The notes under the pieces: generated by a model | Database searches by the model: none | Told to the model about the DNA's origin: nothing | The model's input: the letters and a program-made list of their open reading frames with translations, nothing else | Origin: Promethearchaeota archaeon | Lineage (GTDB): Archaea; Asgardarchaeota; Lokiarchaeia; Sigyniarchaeales; SOKP01 | Direction of reading: 5' to 3' | Length of the DNA: 64,000 nt | NCBI GenBank assembly: GCA_048941285.1 | Contig: JBHLNS010000001.1 | Span: 132,878-196,877, forward strand | Translations under genes and position numbers: made by a program | Part shown: positions 29,308 through 39,400 of the stretch, one piece after another | Layout: each line of letters opens with the position of its first letter | Numbering within the stretch: the stretch's first letter is position 1

Positions 29308-30546
29308 ATGTCTACCGAAGTCTCTAGATTAATAAACGTCATCTCGAAGTTTTTAGACCCTAAATCTGTCAAAATTGATAAATTAAATGAAATTAATGAC
29401 ATTTTAAAGTTACAACTTGACTCTTATAAGTTTATTGATAAAGAATATTCAGAAATCTTTAAACAATTATTTGACATTAAAACTATTGGAGATGCCTCAA
29501 AGTTAGATAAAGACAACCCATTCAGTAGTCTTATTGAACTTGAAGAAACGGATGATTCTATAGAACTAGCGATAGATTTGCATAAAAAAATTGAAGAATT
29601 AAAAGACAAATATCCCTCTCTTGAAACCAAATTAAAGAAAACAGGTACAATTAGTTCACTTATTGCGAGCATTAAAGAAGAAACAGAAGGGATAGATCTT
29701 AAAGGTCAAAAGGTTCTTGTTTGCGGTTTAGATGCAGCTGGTAAAACTTCATTATTATCTAAATTTGGAGGGCGTTTAGGAATTAGTGATATGATTGCAA
29801 CACACCCAACAAAAGGAGTGGTGCGAATGAAGTTTGGTACTAGCAATTTAAATCTATTTATATGGGATTTAGGTGGTCAAGAAGAATATAGAGAAAGGTA
29901 TTTAAGTAATCCAGAGCAATATTTTGTTGAATTGGATTTATTAATGTTTGTAATTGATATACAAGATCCGGATAGATTTGAAGAATCCCTTCAATATTTT
30001 GATAGAATATTAGATTCGATAATTTTATTAGAGGAAACACCATATATATTGGTATTCCTTCATAAGTATGATCCTGATCTAAAAAACGATCCAAAAATAC
30101 TCTTAAATATTGAACTTCTAAAGCATAACTTAAATGATCTTCTAAAAAGCAAAAAGGTAGAATTTGATCTTGAAATTTATTTAACATCAATCTATTCATT
30201 AATTTCCCGTGAGCCTCAATTTGCAAAATATGTTAAGAATTTGATGAGTGCAGGTCATTCTCTCACTGATCCAACAGTAAGAAAAGTTGAGGGCCTTGGA
30301 AAGACTTTAGAAGAAACTTTAAATGCAGTAATACGTTTATCAGAAAGTATTTCTATGCAACTTAATGATATTGATAATCGACTTCGTGCTATAGAGTCAG
30401 GTGCGTTTCAAGTTGCTCAAAGTGGCATTCCAATTGAAATTGCTAATCCAAGTCAACAATCTGCTAGACGCCAAGAAAACACACGTTTAAATGTACTTAA
30501 TGAGTTAAAGGATCTATTTAGCAAGAGAAAAAGTTTGGATCTTTAA
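29308..30546 (+). CDS. Arf/Rag-like GTPase with N-terminal extension and C-terminal coiled coil
   Basis: GLDAAGKT, PTKG, WDLGGQ, HKYD, TSI. Confidence 0.85.
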   Translation: MSTEVSRLINVISKFLDPKSVKIDKLNEINDILKLQLDSYKFIDKEYSEIFKQLFDIKTIGDASKLDKDNPFSSLIELEETDDSIELAIDLHKKIEELKDKYPSLETKLKKTGTISSLIASIKEETEGIDLKGQKVLVCGLDAAGKTSLLSKFGGRLGISDMIATHPTKGVVRMKFGTSNLNLFIWDLGGQEEYRERYLSNPEQYFVELDLLMFVIDIQDPDRFEESLQYFDRILDSIILLEETPYILVFLHKYDPDLKNDPKILLNIELLKHNLNDLLKSKKVEFDLEIYLTSIYSLISREPQFAKYVKNLMSAGHSLTDPTVRKVEGLGKTLEETLNAVIRLSESISMQLNDIDNRLRAIESGAFQVAQSGIPIEIANPSQQSARRQENTRLNVLNELKDLFSKRKSLDL

Positions 30547-30558
30547 ATTATTAGACGA

Positions 30559-31278
30559 CTAATCTTTTTTAATAAACGCTCTTATTTTTTTATAGATTGC
30601 TAACAAGAAGATGGCAAAAAATATACTAATCGAGAGTAATAAATACCCGATATTATTAATAAACATGGTATTTATTGCTCGATATTGAATTTCATATGGT
30701 ATAAAGTGTTCTAAGTAGGTTATTATTTTAAATATTAGAGGACCCGTAAAATAGATTGAAATTAAAAACCCTATCACTCCGAAAATACAGCCAAATATGA
30801 CATCTATTGGATAATGTACTCCAAGTTGAATTCTTGAAAATGAAACTAGAATAACTAAGGAAAATAGTAAAAAACAAATGATTGGTGATTTCATAAAAAA
30901 TAAACCTAGTAATAAAGCTTGCGACATAACGTTATATGAATGCCATGAAGGAAAACTTCTCGAACTTGGTTTTCTCTCCAGAACTTTTATCTTTCCTTCT
31001 TCAAATCTTTCAAATGGTCTTTCTCTTTGTACTACTTGCTTTATTAGTAGTATTAGAATCAATCCAGTAAGAAATGTAGCAGATATATAAGATAATAAAA
31101 ATGGATCATACCAAACCAATAAATAAAAAGTAATCAAAAAAAGCCATAATGTTTCTCTTCCGAAAAAAGAAATAATTTTTAATATGATTGTTAATGGTTT
31201 ACCACCTAAACCATTATACTTTAAAATTATCTTCTGGTCCCATTGTTTAACCCTATTTGAGAGAACTTTTAACTCCAT
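30559..31278 (-). CDS. PAP2-family membrane phosphatase
   Basis: K..VQRERP, SFPSWH, SRIQLGVHYPID. Confidence 0.92.
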   Translation of the reverse strand: MELKVLSNRVKQWDQKIILKYNGLGGKPLTIILKIISFFGRETLWLFLITFYLLVWYDPFLLSYISATFLTGLILILLIKQVVQRERPFERFEEGKIKVLERKPSSRSFPSWHSYNVMSQALLLGLFFMKSPIICFLLFSLVILVSFSRIQLGVHYPIDVIFGCIFGVIGFLISIYFTGPLIFKIITYLEHFIPYEIQYRAINTMFINNIGYLLLSISIFFAIFLLAIYKKIRAFIKKD

Positions 31279-31301
31279 AACAGTTTGAACATTTTGGTCT
31301 T

Positions 31302-32096
31302 TTAATGTAGATTTAATATCTTATAAGTTTCTATTACTTTAGGGATTTGCTCTTCAAAATACTCTAAAGAATGCGAATCAGATCCAACGAAATAATCAAC
31401 TCCTTCTTCCTTTAACTGCTTCATAATATTCATCGATGGAAACGATCTTTTTACAGGAAATCGCAATCCAGATAAATTTAATTCTACTTTTATCTTGTTT
31501 TTTATACATAATCGACCTAATTCTAATATTCGTCTATCAGATACATTGCAATCATCTTTAGGTGTGAAATCATTACTATTTATATAACGATAGATAGTAT
31601 CAATATGACAGATATTTTTGAAAATATATGAATTAATCATTTTTGCACTTACTTCAAAATAGTCATCTATAACTTTTTTCATTGGAATTTTTTCTAACAA
31701 TTTTATTAATCCATTTCTTGTAGTAATAGGATATCCAATTATCCATTCATGAATAGATCCTCCAATAAAGTCAAATTCTTGATTGTAATCATCCATAAAT
31801 TCAATCAATTCAATCTCTTTATTCTCATAATATTCAATTTCTAAGCCACTAAGTATGAAATCATATGTTTCTTTATATTCATCAATCTCTTCAAGGTAAT
31901 CATTAATTCTTCCATTATAAAATGGATTAGTCCTATCATTTTCAACATAAAAGAGTTCATAATGATCAAGAAAACATATGTTAATTTGATGTTTTTCTGC
32001 AACTTTTATATAATCTTCAAATGTAGGGCCGTCTTGTGCTACATCTACGCTCCAAGGTCTAGTATGAACATGAAAATCTGTAAACTGAAACCTCAT
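31302..32096 (-). CDS. PHP-family phosphatase (histidinol phosphatase-like)
   Basis: DFHVHT, LDH, GLE, GSIH, GSDSH. Confidence 0.88.
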   Translation of the reverse strand: MRFQFTDFHVHTRPWSVDVAQDGPTFEDYIKVAEKHQINICFLDHYELFYVENDRTNPFYNGRINDYLEEIDEYKETYDFILSGLEIEYYENKEIELIEFMDDYNQEFDFIGGSIHEWIIGYPITTRNGLIKLLEKIPMKKVIDDYFEVSAKMINSYIFKNICHIDTIYRYINSNDFTPKDDCNVSDRRILELGRLCIKNKIKVELNLSGLRFPVKRSFPSMNIMKQLKEEGVDYFVGSDSHSLEYFEEQIPKVIETYKILNLH

Positions 32097-32145
32097 AAAT
32101 CAACAAATTTGATAATTAAAGAAGAAAGATAAAAATTTGGTTTAA

Positions 32146-34035
32146 TCATCTAAATGAGTCTTCTTTATCAAAATAAACTCTATAAAATAGTTCTTTTTCG
32201 CCTACCTCAGGAGGAGTTATTTTAGTATAACCCCCTTTATGGATCACACGAATTGTTTCTTTATTTTGAATATGTATATTACCATAGAATCCCTTTATCC
32301 CTTTCTCCTTAGCGATAATGATTATATGCTGGTAAAGAAAAGTCCCAACTCCTTTTCCTCTATAATCTTCTCTAACCAAAAAACTGTATTCTGCCATATT
32401 CATTTGAGGATTGAAATAATAAGTTGCACTCCCAATCATTTCTTCTTTTCCAATTTCTCCAATAAATGCTCCTAGTGAAAAAACGTTATGGTAATCAATA
32501 TTCACCTCACTCTGGGTTTTTGAATGTGTGAATTCTTTTCTTAATTCAAAAAATCGTAAATATCTGTCTCTTTCATTTAATGAGTAATATAATTCTTTAA
32601 GTGCTTGTTCATCTGTAGTTTTAACAGGTCGAATTTTAATTTTTTCTTTGTCTCTTGTTGTATAAACTGTTTCATATTCTGAAGGATATAAACAAATACG
32701 ACCATCTTCATCGCAAGGAAGCATTTGGTCAGAAAAAACATAATTCAATCTTTTAGCTTCGTCTAATAATGATTGACGGAATTTTGGATGAGCTATGCAG
32801 ATTAATTCAAGTACTCTTTCACGAATAGTTTTCCCATGAAGATATGCTACACCCCATTCAGTCACAACATAATGAACGTCTCCACGAGATAATAGGATTC
32901 CTGCTCCTTCATCTAAATGAGGAACAATCCGAGATTTTTGACCATCCCTTGACGTTGAAGGTATTATTATTATAGGTTTTCCTCCCTTAGAAAAAGCGGC
33001 ACCTCTCATAAAATCAATAGTTTCTCCTAATCCTGAATAAAAGCTATAACCTTCTGTTGCTGCATTAACTTGTCCTGTTAAATCAATTTGTCTAGCGGAA
33101 TTGATGGAAACCATCTTTTTATTCCTTCCAATATATACGGGATTACATATATAATCAGAGGGATAAAATTCTATATAGGGATTGTTGTCAACAAAATCAT
33201 ATAATTTTTTAGTTCCTAAAGCAAAACTAGTAAGAATTTTTTCAGGATGAAAATTCTTTTTTCTACAAGTTAGAACTCCTCCTTCAATAAGTTGTATTAT
33301 GTTATCTGTAATATAATGAGAGTGCATACCTAAATCTTTTTTCTCTTCCAAATATTTTAAAACTGCATTTGGTAAATCCCCAAAACCTACATGAATCGTA
33401 GATTTATTTTCAATTAAGTTCGCTAAATTTTGTCCAATTCTTTCTGCGATTTCATCAGGTTTATCAAAATTGAATTCCAATAAGGGAGTGTCATTATATA
33501 CGAAATGATTAATTTCTTTCATGTGTATAAAAGAGTTCCCTAAAGTCCTTGGCATTCTTGGATTAATTTCAACAATTGTCAAATAAGCGGATTGAGCTAT
33601 TGGCTTTGCTATATCAACATTAATTCCTAAGGAGCAAAAACCGTAAGAATCAGGAGGAGTAACTTGAATAAGAGCAACATCGATGTGTTTCCTACCTGTT
33701 AAAAATAAAGAGGGGATTTCACTAGTGAAAATAGGAGTATAATCTGCTTGACCCTTGTTAATTTCCTCCCTTAGAGTTTTACCAATGAATAAAGCATTAT
33801 GTCTAAAGAGGTCTTCTGCTTTATCTTTAAAATATTTTTCTGGTCCTATAGTCAAAAAATGGAGAATTTCAGTATCAATTAAATTTTCTGAGTTCTTTAT
33901 CAATTCTGATGTAAGTAATTGTGGCTCTGAGCATCCAGAATCAATGAAAACTCTATTCCCGGGAATTATTTTTTTAATTGCTTCCTCGCTAGTTATTTCT
34001 TTATCTTTCCATTTTTCTCTCCAGTCTTCTATCAT
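32146..34035 (-). CDS. Acetyl-CoA hydrolase/CoA-transferase fused to C-terminal GNAT acetyltransferase
   Basis: DVALIQVTPPD..G.CSLG, IDLTGQV, DVHYVVTEWG; GNAT motif A YRGKGVG after IRPVK..D. Confidence 0.9.
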   Translation of the reverse strand: MIEDWREKWKDKEITSEEAIKKIIPGNRVFIDSGCSEPQLLTSELIKNSENLIDTEILHFLTIGPEKYFKDKAEDLFRHNALFIGKTLREEINKGQADYTPIFTSEIPSLFLTGRKHIDVALIQVTPPDSYGFCSLGINVDIAKPIAQSAYLTIVEINPRMPRTLGNSFIHMKEINHFVYNDTPLLEFNFDKPDEIAERIGQNLANLIENKSTIHVGFGDLPNAVLKYLEEKKDLGMHSHYITDNIIQLIEGGVLTCRKKNFHPEKILTSFALGTKKLYDFVDNNPYIEFYPSDYICNPVYIGRNKKMVSINSARQIDLTGQVNAATEGYSFYSGLGETIDFMRGAAFSKGGKPIIIIPSTSRDGQKSRIVPHLDEGAGILLSRGDVHYVVTEWGVAYLHGKTIRERVLELICIAHPKFRQSLLDEAKRLNYVFSDQMLPCDEDGRICLYPSEYETVYTTRDKEKIKIRPVKTTDEQALKELYYSLNERDRYLRFFELRKEFTHSKTQSEVNIDYHNVFSLGAFIGEIGKEEMIGSATYYFNPQMNMAEYSFLVREDYRGKGVGTFLYQHIIIIAKEKGIKGFYGNIHIQNKETIRVIHKGGYTKITPPEVGEKELFYRVYFDKEDSFR

Positions 34036-34294
34036 AATATTAAACTTTTCCTTTTTGCTGATTTAATTTTATTCTTTCAAATATAAATATAATTTCCAAT
34101 GTCTTTTTTAATTGTCTTAACATCAATATAATGTTTTTGGAATTATAAATAAAATGTTTAAATTTCATATATCTCTTATTTGAATTAATATTATTCACTA
34201 TATACTAATAATTTTTAATGTTAATAATTAAAAAAACTCAAAAACATAGATTTGTGAAATTAGAAATTTAAGCAATTCAAAAATGTGAAGAAAA

Positions 34295-36274
34295 ATGTCA
34301 AAAGAAGAAAGAATGGAAAGTATTCTCACTGAAACCCGTAAATTTAATCCTGTTGATCTTAATCGTGAATATTCGAAAACTGGAATGTCGATGGAAGAAT
34401 ATCAAAAACTCTATAAACAGTCTATTGAAAATATGGAAGGTTTTTGGGATGAGCAAGCTAAATCACTTGATTGGATCAAACCATATGATAAGGTTTGGGA
34501 AAAAACTGACTTATTTCCTGGTAAATGGTTTGTTAGTGGAAAACTTAATGTAAGCTATAATGCAATAGATAGACATGTCAACGCAGGAAAGGGAGATAAA
34601 ATAGCTTTGATCTGGGAAGCAGACGAACCAGGGCATGTACGAACATTTACTTACAATGAACTATTGAGGGAAGTGAGCAAAGTTGCTAATGGAATGAAAA
34701 ATTTAGGATTAAAGAAAGGAGATAGGGTCACAATATGGTTACCTATGATTCCTGAACTTGCGATCATTATGCTGGCCTGTGCTCGGATAGGTGTAATTCA
34801 TTCAATTGTTTTCGGTGGATTTTCAAAAGAAGCTGTTAAAGATAGAATTGAAGATTCTGATTCAAGACTTCTATTCACAAGTGATGAAACCCTGAGAGCC
34901 GGTAAATATTACCCGAAAATGGCTGACGTTGTTCAAATTATTGATGATGTCCCCACGATAGAACATGTTATTGTTGTAAAACGTTCTGGAAGAGATGTAC
35001 CTCATACTAATAAAGACATTTGGTATAATGACTTCATTGACGGTATAAGTGAAGAATGTGAACCGGAAGTAATGGATTCTGAAGATACATTATTTATTTT
35101 ATACACAAGTGGAACAACTGGAAAACCAAAAGGAGTGAAACATACTACAGCAGGATATATTCTTTATACTGCATTTACTCATAAAATAGTATTCAACTAT
35201 CATGAAGGAGATATATGGTATTGCACTGCTGATATTGGTTGGATAACAGGACATTCATACATTGTATATGGACCTTTAGCAAATGGCGCTACTTCATTAA
35301 TGTTTGAAGGAGTTCCAACCTATCCTGATGTTGATCGTTTTTGGGATATTGTTGAACGCCATAAAGTGACTCATTTTTATACAGCTCCTACTGCAATACG
35401 AGCTTTAATGAGATATGGCGACGATCCAGTTAAAAAACATGATTTAAGTTCATTAAGAGTTCTTGGAACTGTTGGTGAACCAATAAATCCAGAAGCTTGG
35501 ACTTGGTATCATCGTGTAATAGGTAAAGAACGATGCCCCATTGTTGACACATATTGGCAAACAGAAACCGGAGGTTTTATTATGACTCCAATTGCTACCG
35601 CGACTCCTACGAAACCAGGTTCATGTTGTATGCCATTTTTAGGTATAAAACCCACCATTTTTGATTTAGAGGGGGAAGAAATAACAGAACCTAATGAAGG
35701 TGGATATTTTGCTATGGCTCAACCTTGGCCAGGTATGTTAAGAGATGTTTGGGGTGATACTGAGAGATTCAAATCAACTTATCTTGAGAGATATCCCGGA
35801 TATTATTATACCGGAGATGGGGCAAGACGTGATGAAGATGGCTATTATTGGATTCTTGGGCGATTAGATGACGTTATTAAAGTGTCTGGGCATAGAATAG
35901 GAACAATGGAAGTAGAATCTGCTCTTGTAAGTCATCCAAGTGTTGCAGAAGCAGCCGTTGCTCCCTTTCCTCATAAAATTAAAGGTCAAGCAATATGGGC
36001 TTTTGTTACATTAATTCAAGGTGTTGAAAAATCAGCTAAATTATCTAAGGAGATACGAAATCATGTGAGAGAAGAAATTGGTCCAGTCTTCCAACCAGAT
36101 GTGATTCAGTTTGCTGACGATTTACCTAAGACGCGAAGTGGTAAAATAATGCGAAGGATTTTAAAAGCAATTGCTGCAGGAACTGATATTGGAAATGTAA
36201 CCACACTAGCAGATCCTTCTGTCGTAGATGCCCTCTTAGAAGAACGTAAGAAAATGGATATTGAAATAGGTTAA
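34295..36274 (+). CDS. acs: AMP-forming acetyl-CoA synthetase
   Basis: YTSGTTGKPKG, DIGWITGHSY, DTYWQTETG, PKTRSGKIMRR. Confidence 0.96.
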   Translation: MSKEERMESILTETRKFNPVDLNREYSKTGMSMEEYQKLYKQSIENMEGFWDEQAKSLDWIKPYDKVWEKTDLFPGKWFVSGKLNVSYNAIDRHVNAGKGDKIALIWEADEPGHVRTFTYNELLREVSKVANGMKNLGLKKGDRVTIWLPMIPELAIIMLACARIGVIHSIVFGGFSKEAVKDRIEDSDSRLLFTSDETLRAGKYYPKMADVVQIIDDVPTIEHVIVVKRSGRDVPHTNKDIWYNDFIDGISEECEPEVMDSEDTLFILYTSGTTGKPKGVKHTTAGYILYTAFTHKIVFNYHEGDIWYCTADIGWITGHSYIVYGPLANGATSLMFEGVPTYPDVDRFWDIVERHKVTHFYTAPTAIRALMRYGDDPVKKHDLSSLRVLGTVGEPINPEAWTWYHRVIGKERCPIVDTYWQTETGGFIMTPIATATPTKPGSCCMPFLGIKPTIFDLEGEEITEPNEGGYFAMAQPWPGMLRDVWGDTERFKSTYLERYPGYYYTGDGARRDEDGYYWILGRLDDVIKVSGHRIGTMEVESALVSHPSVAEAAVAPFPHKIKGQAIWAFVTLIQGVEKSAKLSKEIRNHVREEIGPVFQPDVIQFADDLPKTRSGKIMRRILKAIAAGTDIGNVTTLADPSVVDALLEERKKMDIEIG

Positions 36275-36287
36275 ATTCCTTTTTATT

Positions 36288-37370
36288 TTATATTTTTTTT
36301 ATTTTTGAAAGAATATTATTGATTTCAATTTTCCATGTTTTAGTTTCCTTATTATAAAGTCCATAAGACTCAGGATTTCTAGCAGTTGGACTCTCAAATA
36401 TATACTGTATAAAATATGATTCGATATATTTTTTTAATATTTCAAAGCAATACATAAACGTTATCATATCTTTTCTTGAAATATTTAATCTTATACAATA
36501 TCTATCATTTGTTTCGAAAATAAACATGAATGAAAAGGGAATTTGACATATGTTTTCAATGAATTCTTTTTTTAGGTTTCCTACTTCAATAAAACAATAG
36601 ATATATAGCATTTCGTCTTTTGGGATTGGAGAGAAGATTGGTTTAAAGACTTTTATTATATTTTTTCTTTTAAGATCAACAATTCTTTTTCTTACTTGGG
36701 TTTTGGATAAGTTTAAAATGTTTCCTAATTGTTGGAGTGAAATAGATCCATCAATAGAAAGCTGTTGTAATATTAAAATATCCTTATGATCAAAATCCAC
36801 TAAATTAGAACTATCATTTAGGTTTATACTTAAAATGTCAGAAATTGCATCTAGATTACTAATACGTTTAAACCACTCTTCCCAATTCATAGTCCACCCT
36901 GATCTAGGCAAATATTCAGTATAATTCATGCTTTTGTGATAATAATCAATCATTTGGAAAATCTGATAATCCTTTATCCAATTCTTTTTTATCATTTCAG
37001 AGATAATTTTAGAGTTGGTTTCAGGTTTTAATAAATCAAATATGGAATGTACAATAAATCCATTAAACTTTCCATATGTATGTGCATACCAATAAAAAGT
37101 TGGAAATGAGTTCAATATTTCTAAAATCTTTGATTTAAACTTTTGATTTTCTTCCAGAATTAATATTTCCTCGCCCAATCCTAATTTGCGCTCATGCATG
37201 AAAACAAATGATGGAATCAACAACTTATTTTCCTTTAATTTAGTTATTCTATAACGAATTGTTCTAGCAGGAATGTTTAGATTACGACTAATTTCTGTAG
37301 CTGATATTTGAGGACCATTTTTATCTAATTCATTAATAATATCAAGATCTTTTAATTTAAAATCTAGCAT
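36288..37370 (-). CDS. Tandem (double) Lrp/AsnC-type transcriptional regulator
   Basis: Two D.KD..IL..L...G..S...I/L...LN....T/V..RI..L HTH modules. Confidence 0.85.
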   Translation of the reverse strand: MLDFKLKDLDIINELDKNGPQISATEISRNLNIPARTIRYRITKLKENKLLIPSFVFMHERKLGLGEEILILEENQKFKSKILEILNSFPTFYWYAHTYGKFNGFIVHSIFDLLKPETNSKIISEMIKKNWIKDYQIFQMIDYYHKSMNYTEYLPRSGWTMNWEEWFKRISNLDAISDILSINLNDSSNLVDFDHKDILILQQLSIDGSISLQQLGNILNLSKTQVRKRIVDLKRKNIIKVFKPIFSPIPKDEMLYIYCFIEVGNLKKEFIENICQIPFSFMFIFETNDRYCIRLNISRKDMITFMYCFEILKKYIESYFIQYIFESPTARNPESYGLYNKETKTWKIEINNILSKIKKI

Positions 37371-37519
37371 ATTTCGAATATATTAGTTTTTTATATATAA
37401 TATGGTAAAATTTATAAATAATTCTTGCCATTTGTTAACTGTACAAACGGTAATAATTATCAGAGAATCTTGCCGTTTATAAAGTTATTTTAAAATCTAA
37501 AATAATAAAATGAAGAAAT

Positions 37520-38185
37520 ATGTCAAAACAAATGAATGATAAATTAAGGGTATTAATTGTGAGTGGTGGTGCTTCCTTTGAGAACACGATATTTAGAGTT
37601 TTTAGTGTTATAAAGGAGATAGAATGGACTCATATTGATTCAGATAGAGAAGCATTTAAAGAGGATTTATCAGAAAAGTATGATGTTCTCATAATGTATA
37701 ATTTAAATCAAAATCCAGATGATATTATAAAAAGAAATTTAAAACAATTTACTGAAGCGAGAAAAGGAATAATAGTATTACATCATGCAATAGCAACTTA
37801 TAATTCATGGAAATGGTGGTATGAAGATGTAGTAGGAGGAAGGTATTTAATGCAACCTGAAGGTGATCTCCCCTCTTCAAATTACATGAGTCATCAAGAA
37901 ATCATAGGAATCCCTTTAGGAGAACATCCTATTATATCAAGTTTAAATGGATTGCCTGTCCATATTTATGATGAAACTTATAAAAATATGTGGTTATCGC
38001 CCAAAATAGAAGTTATCTTACAAACGAATCTCTATTCAAGCGATAAACCATTAATCTGGATTAGTCCATATGAAAAATCAAGAATTGTAGTTATAATCCC
38101 TGGACATGGATGGGGTGCTCACTATAATTTAGGTTTTAGAAATCTACTTAAAGATGCCATATTATGGGCAGGTTATAAAACCTAG
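37520..38185 (+). CDS. ThuA-like (class I glutamine amidotransferase fold) protein
   Basis: YDVLIMY, GIIVLHHA, DETY, PL.W, PGH, F..LL.DAILWA. Confidence 0.8.
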   Translation: MSKQMNDKLRVLIVSGGASFENTIFRVFSVIKEIEWTHIDSDREAFKEDLSEKYDVLIMYNLNQNPDDIIKRNLKQFTEARKGIIVLHHAIATYNSWKWWYEDVVGGRYLMQPEGDLPSSNYMSHQEIIGIPLGEHPIISSLNGLPVHIYDETYKNMWLSPKIEVILQTNLYSSDKPLIWISPYEKSRIVVIIPGHGWGAHYNLGFRNLLKDAILWAGYKT

Positions 38186-38273
38186 ATTTATTGAAAGTAT
38201 GTTATATTAGTTTATATAAGGTTTAAACTTCATTTTTTTTAATATTAAAAAAGTAATTATTGAGAAGATTTCA

Positions 38274-38359
38274 ATGAAATTTGGATTTGTTTTTCACGTG
38301 CCGATATATTTAAAGCTATCGAATTTGCTAAAGCAGCTGAAAAGGACCACCATCTCTAA
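38274..38359 (+). pseudogene. Frameshifted N-terminal remnant resembling an LLM-class (luciferase-like) oxidoreductase
   Basis: ATG AAA TTT GGA TTT GTT TTT reads MKFGFVF. After a 1-nt shift it reads RADIFKAIEFAKAAEKDHHL*, resembling the MKFG...ELA..AE..G.D N-terminus. Confidence 0.4.
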
Positions 38360-38386
38360 ATTTATAAGATTAGAAATTAAAAAAAA

Positions 38387-39400
38387 TTATTTTTTCAAAA
38401 TTTTAAGAGACTCATCAACAATCTTTTTAGTATTCGGTAATACTTGATCTTCTAATTCTCTTGAATAAGGTATAGTGGTTTCTGTACAAACTCGACCGAA
38501 TTTAAATTTTATTTCATTTTCTAAGAGAACAGCACATAATTCACCAGAAAGCCCATAATTCTTATAATCTTCATCAATGACTAAGAGGGCTCCTGTTTTC
38601 CCAACAGAACTTTTTAATCCTTCAATATCTAAGGGAGCGAGACACCTCAGATCCAACACTTCAGCAGAAATTCCTTTTCCTTCTAAAATGTTAGCAGCTT
38701 CAATACAACGATGAACGCCGACGCCAACACTCACTAATGTAATATCATTTCCTTCTCTCATTTGATTTAGTTTACCTAATGGAATAGGTTCCCATTTATC
38801 TGGTACTTCTCCTTCTAATCCTTGTTCTGGAACATTAAAAGAAAGAGATGATCGCCCTCCACTCCCCATAAAATCTAACCAGTAATCTGACAGTAATTTA
38901 TGTTCAAAATATATTATTGGATTATTTTCATATATAGATGAGAGCATCAACCCTCCAGCATCAGCAGGATTGGAAGGAACGACAATACTTAGTCCAGGTA
39001 TATGAGCCAACCATCCCCATAAACTTTGCTCATGTTGCCCAGCATCCCCATAACCTCCACCACATGCAGTTCTTATAACAAGAGGAACGTTCCATTTATT
39101 TCCAGAAAAATAATGGATTTTCGCTGCATGATTCAAGATGGCATCCATTGTGACACCAATAAAATCCACAATCATAATTTCTACAATAGGACGTAGTCCT
39201 GCCATTGCTGCTGTGACTGCAGCACCGACAAACGCGCCTTCACTTATAGGTGTTGGCATTATTCTCTTTTTACCAAAACGAGCGAAAAGATTTGGTCGCA
39301 ATCCATGTACATCTTCTCCTAAAATAATAATATTTTCATCTTCTTCCATTACTTTAGCAATAGCACTTTCAATTGCTTGGGCAAATCCTAATTTAGGCAT
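38387..39400 (-). CDS. 2-oxoacid/acetoin dehydrogenase E1 beta subunit
   Basis: ILGEDV, TPISE, AGLRPIVE, PGLSIVVPS.PADA, DLR.LAPLD. Start placed at MPKL (39400). Confidence 0.92.
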   Translation of the reverse strand: MPKLGFAQAIESAIAKVMEEDENIIILGEDVHGLRPNLFARFGKKRIMPTPISEGAFVGAAVTAAMAGLRPIVEIMIVDFIGVTMDAILNHAAKIHYFSGNKWNVPLVIRTACGGGYGDAGQHEQSLWGWLAHIPGLSIVVPSNPADAGGLMLSSIYENNPIIYFEHKLLSDYWLDFMGSGGRSSLSFNVPEQGLEGEVPDKWEPIPLGKLNQMREGNDITLVSVGVGVHRCIEAANILEGKGISAEVLDLRCLAPLDIEGLKSSVGKTGALLVIDEDYKNYGLSGELCAVLLENEIKFKFGRVCTETTIPYSRELEDQVLPNTKKIVDESLKILKK

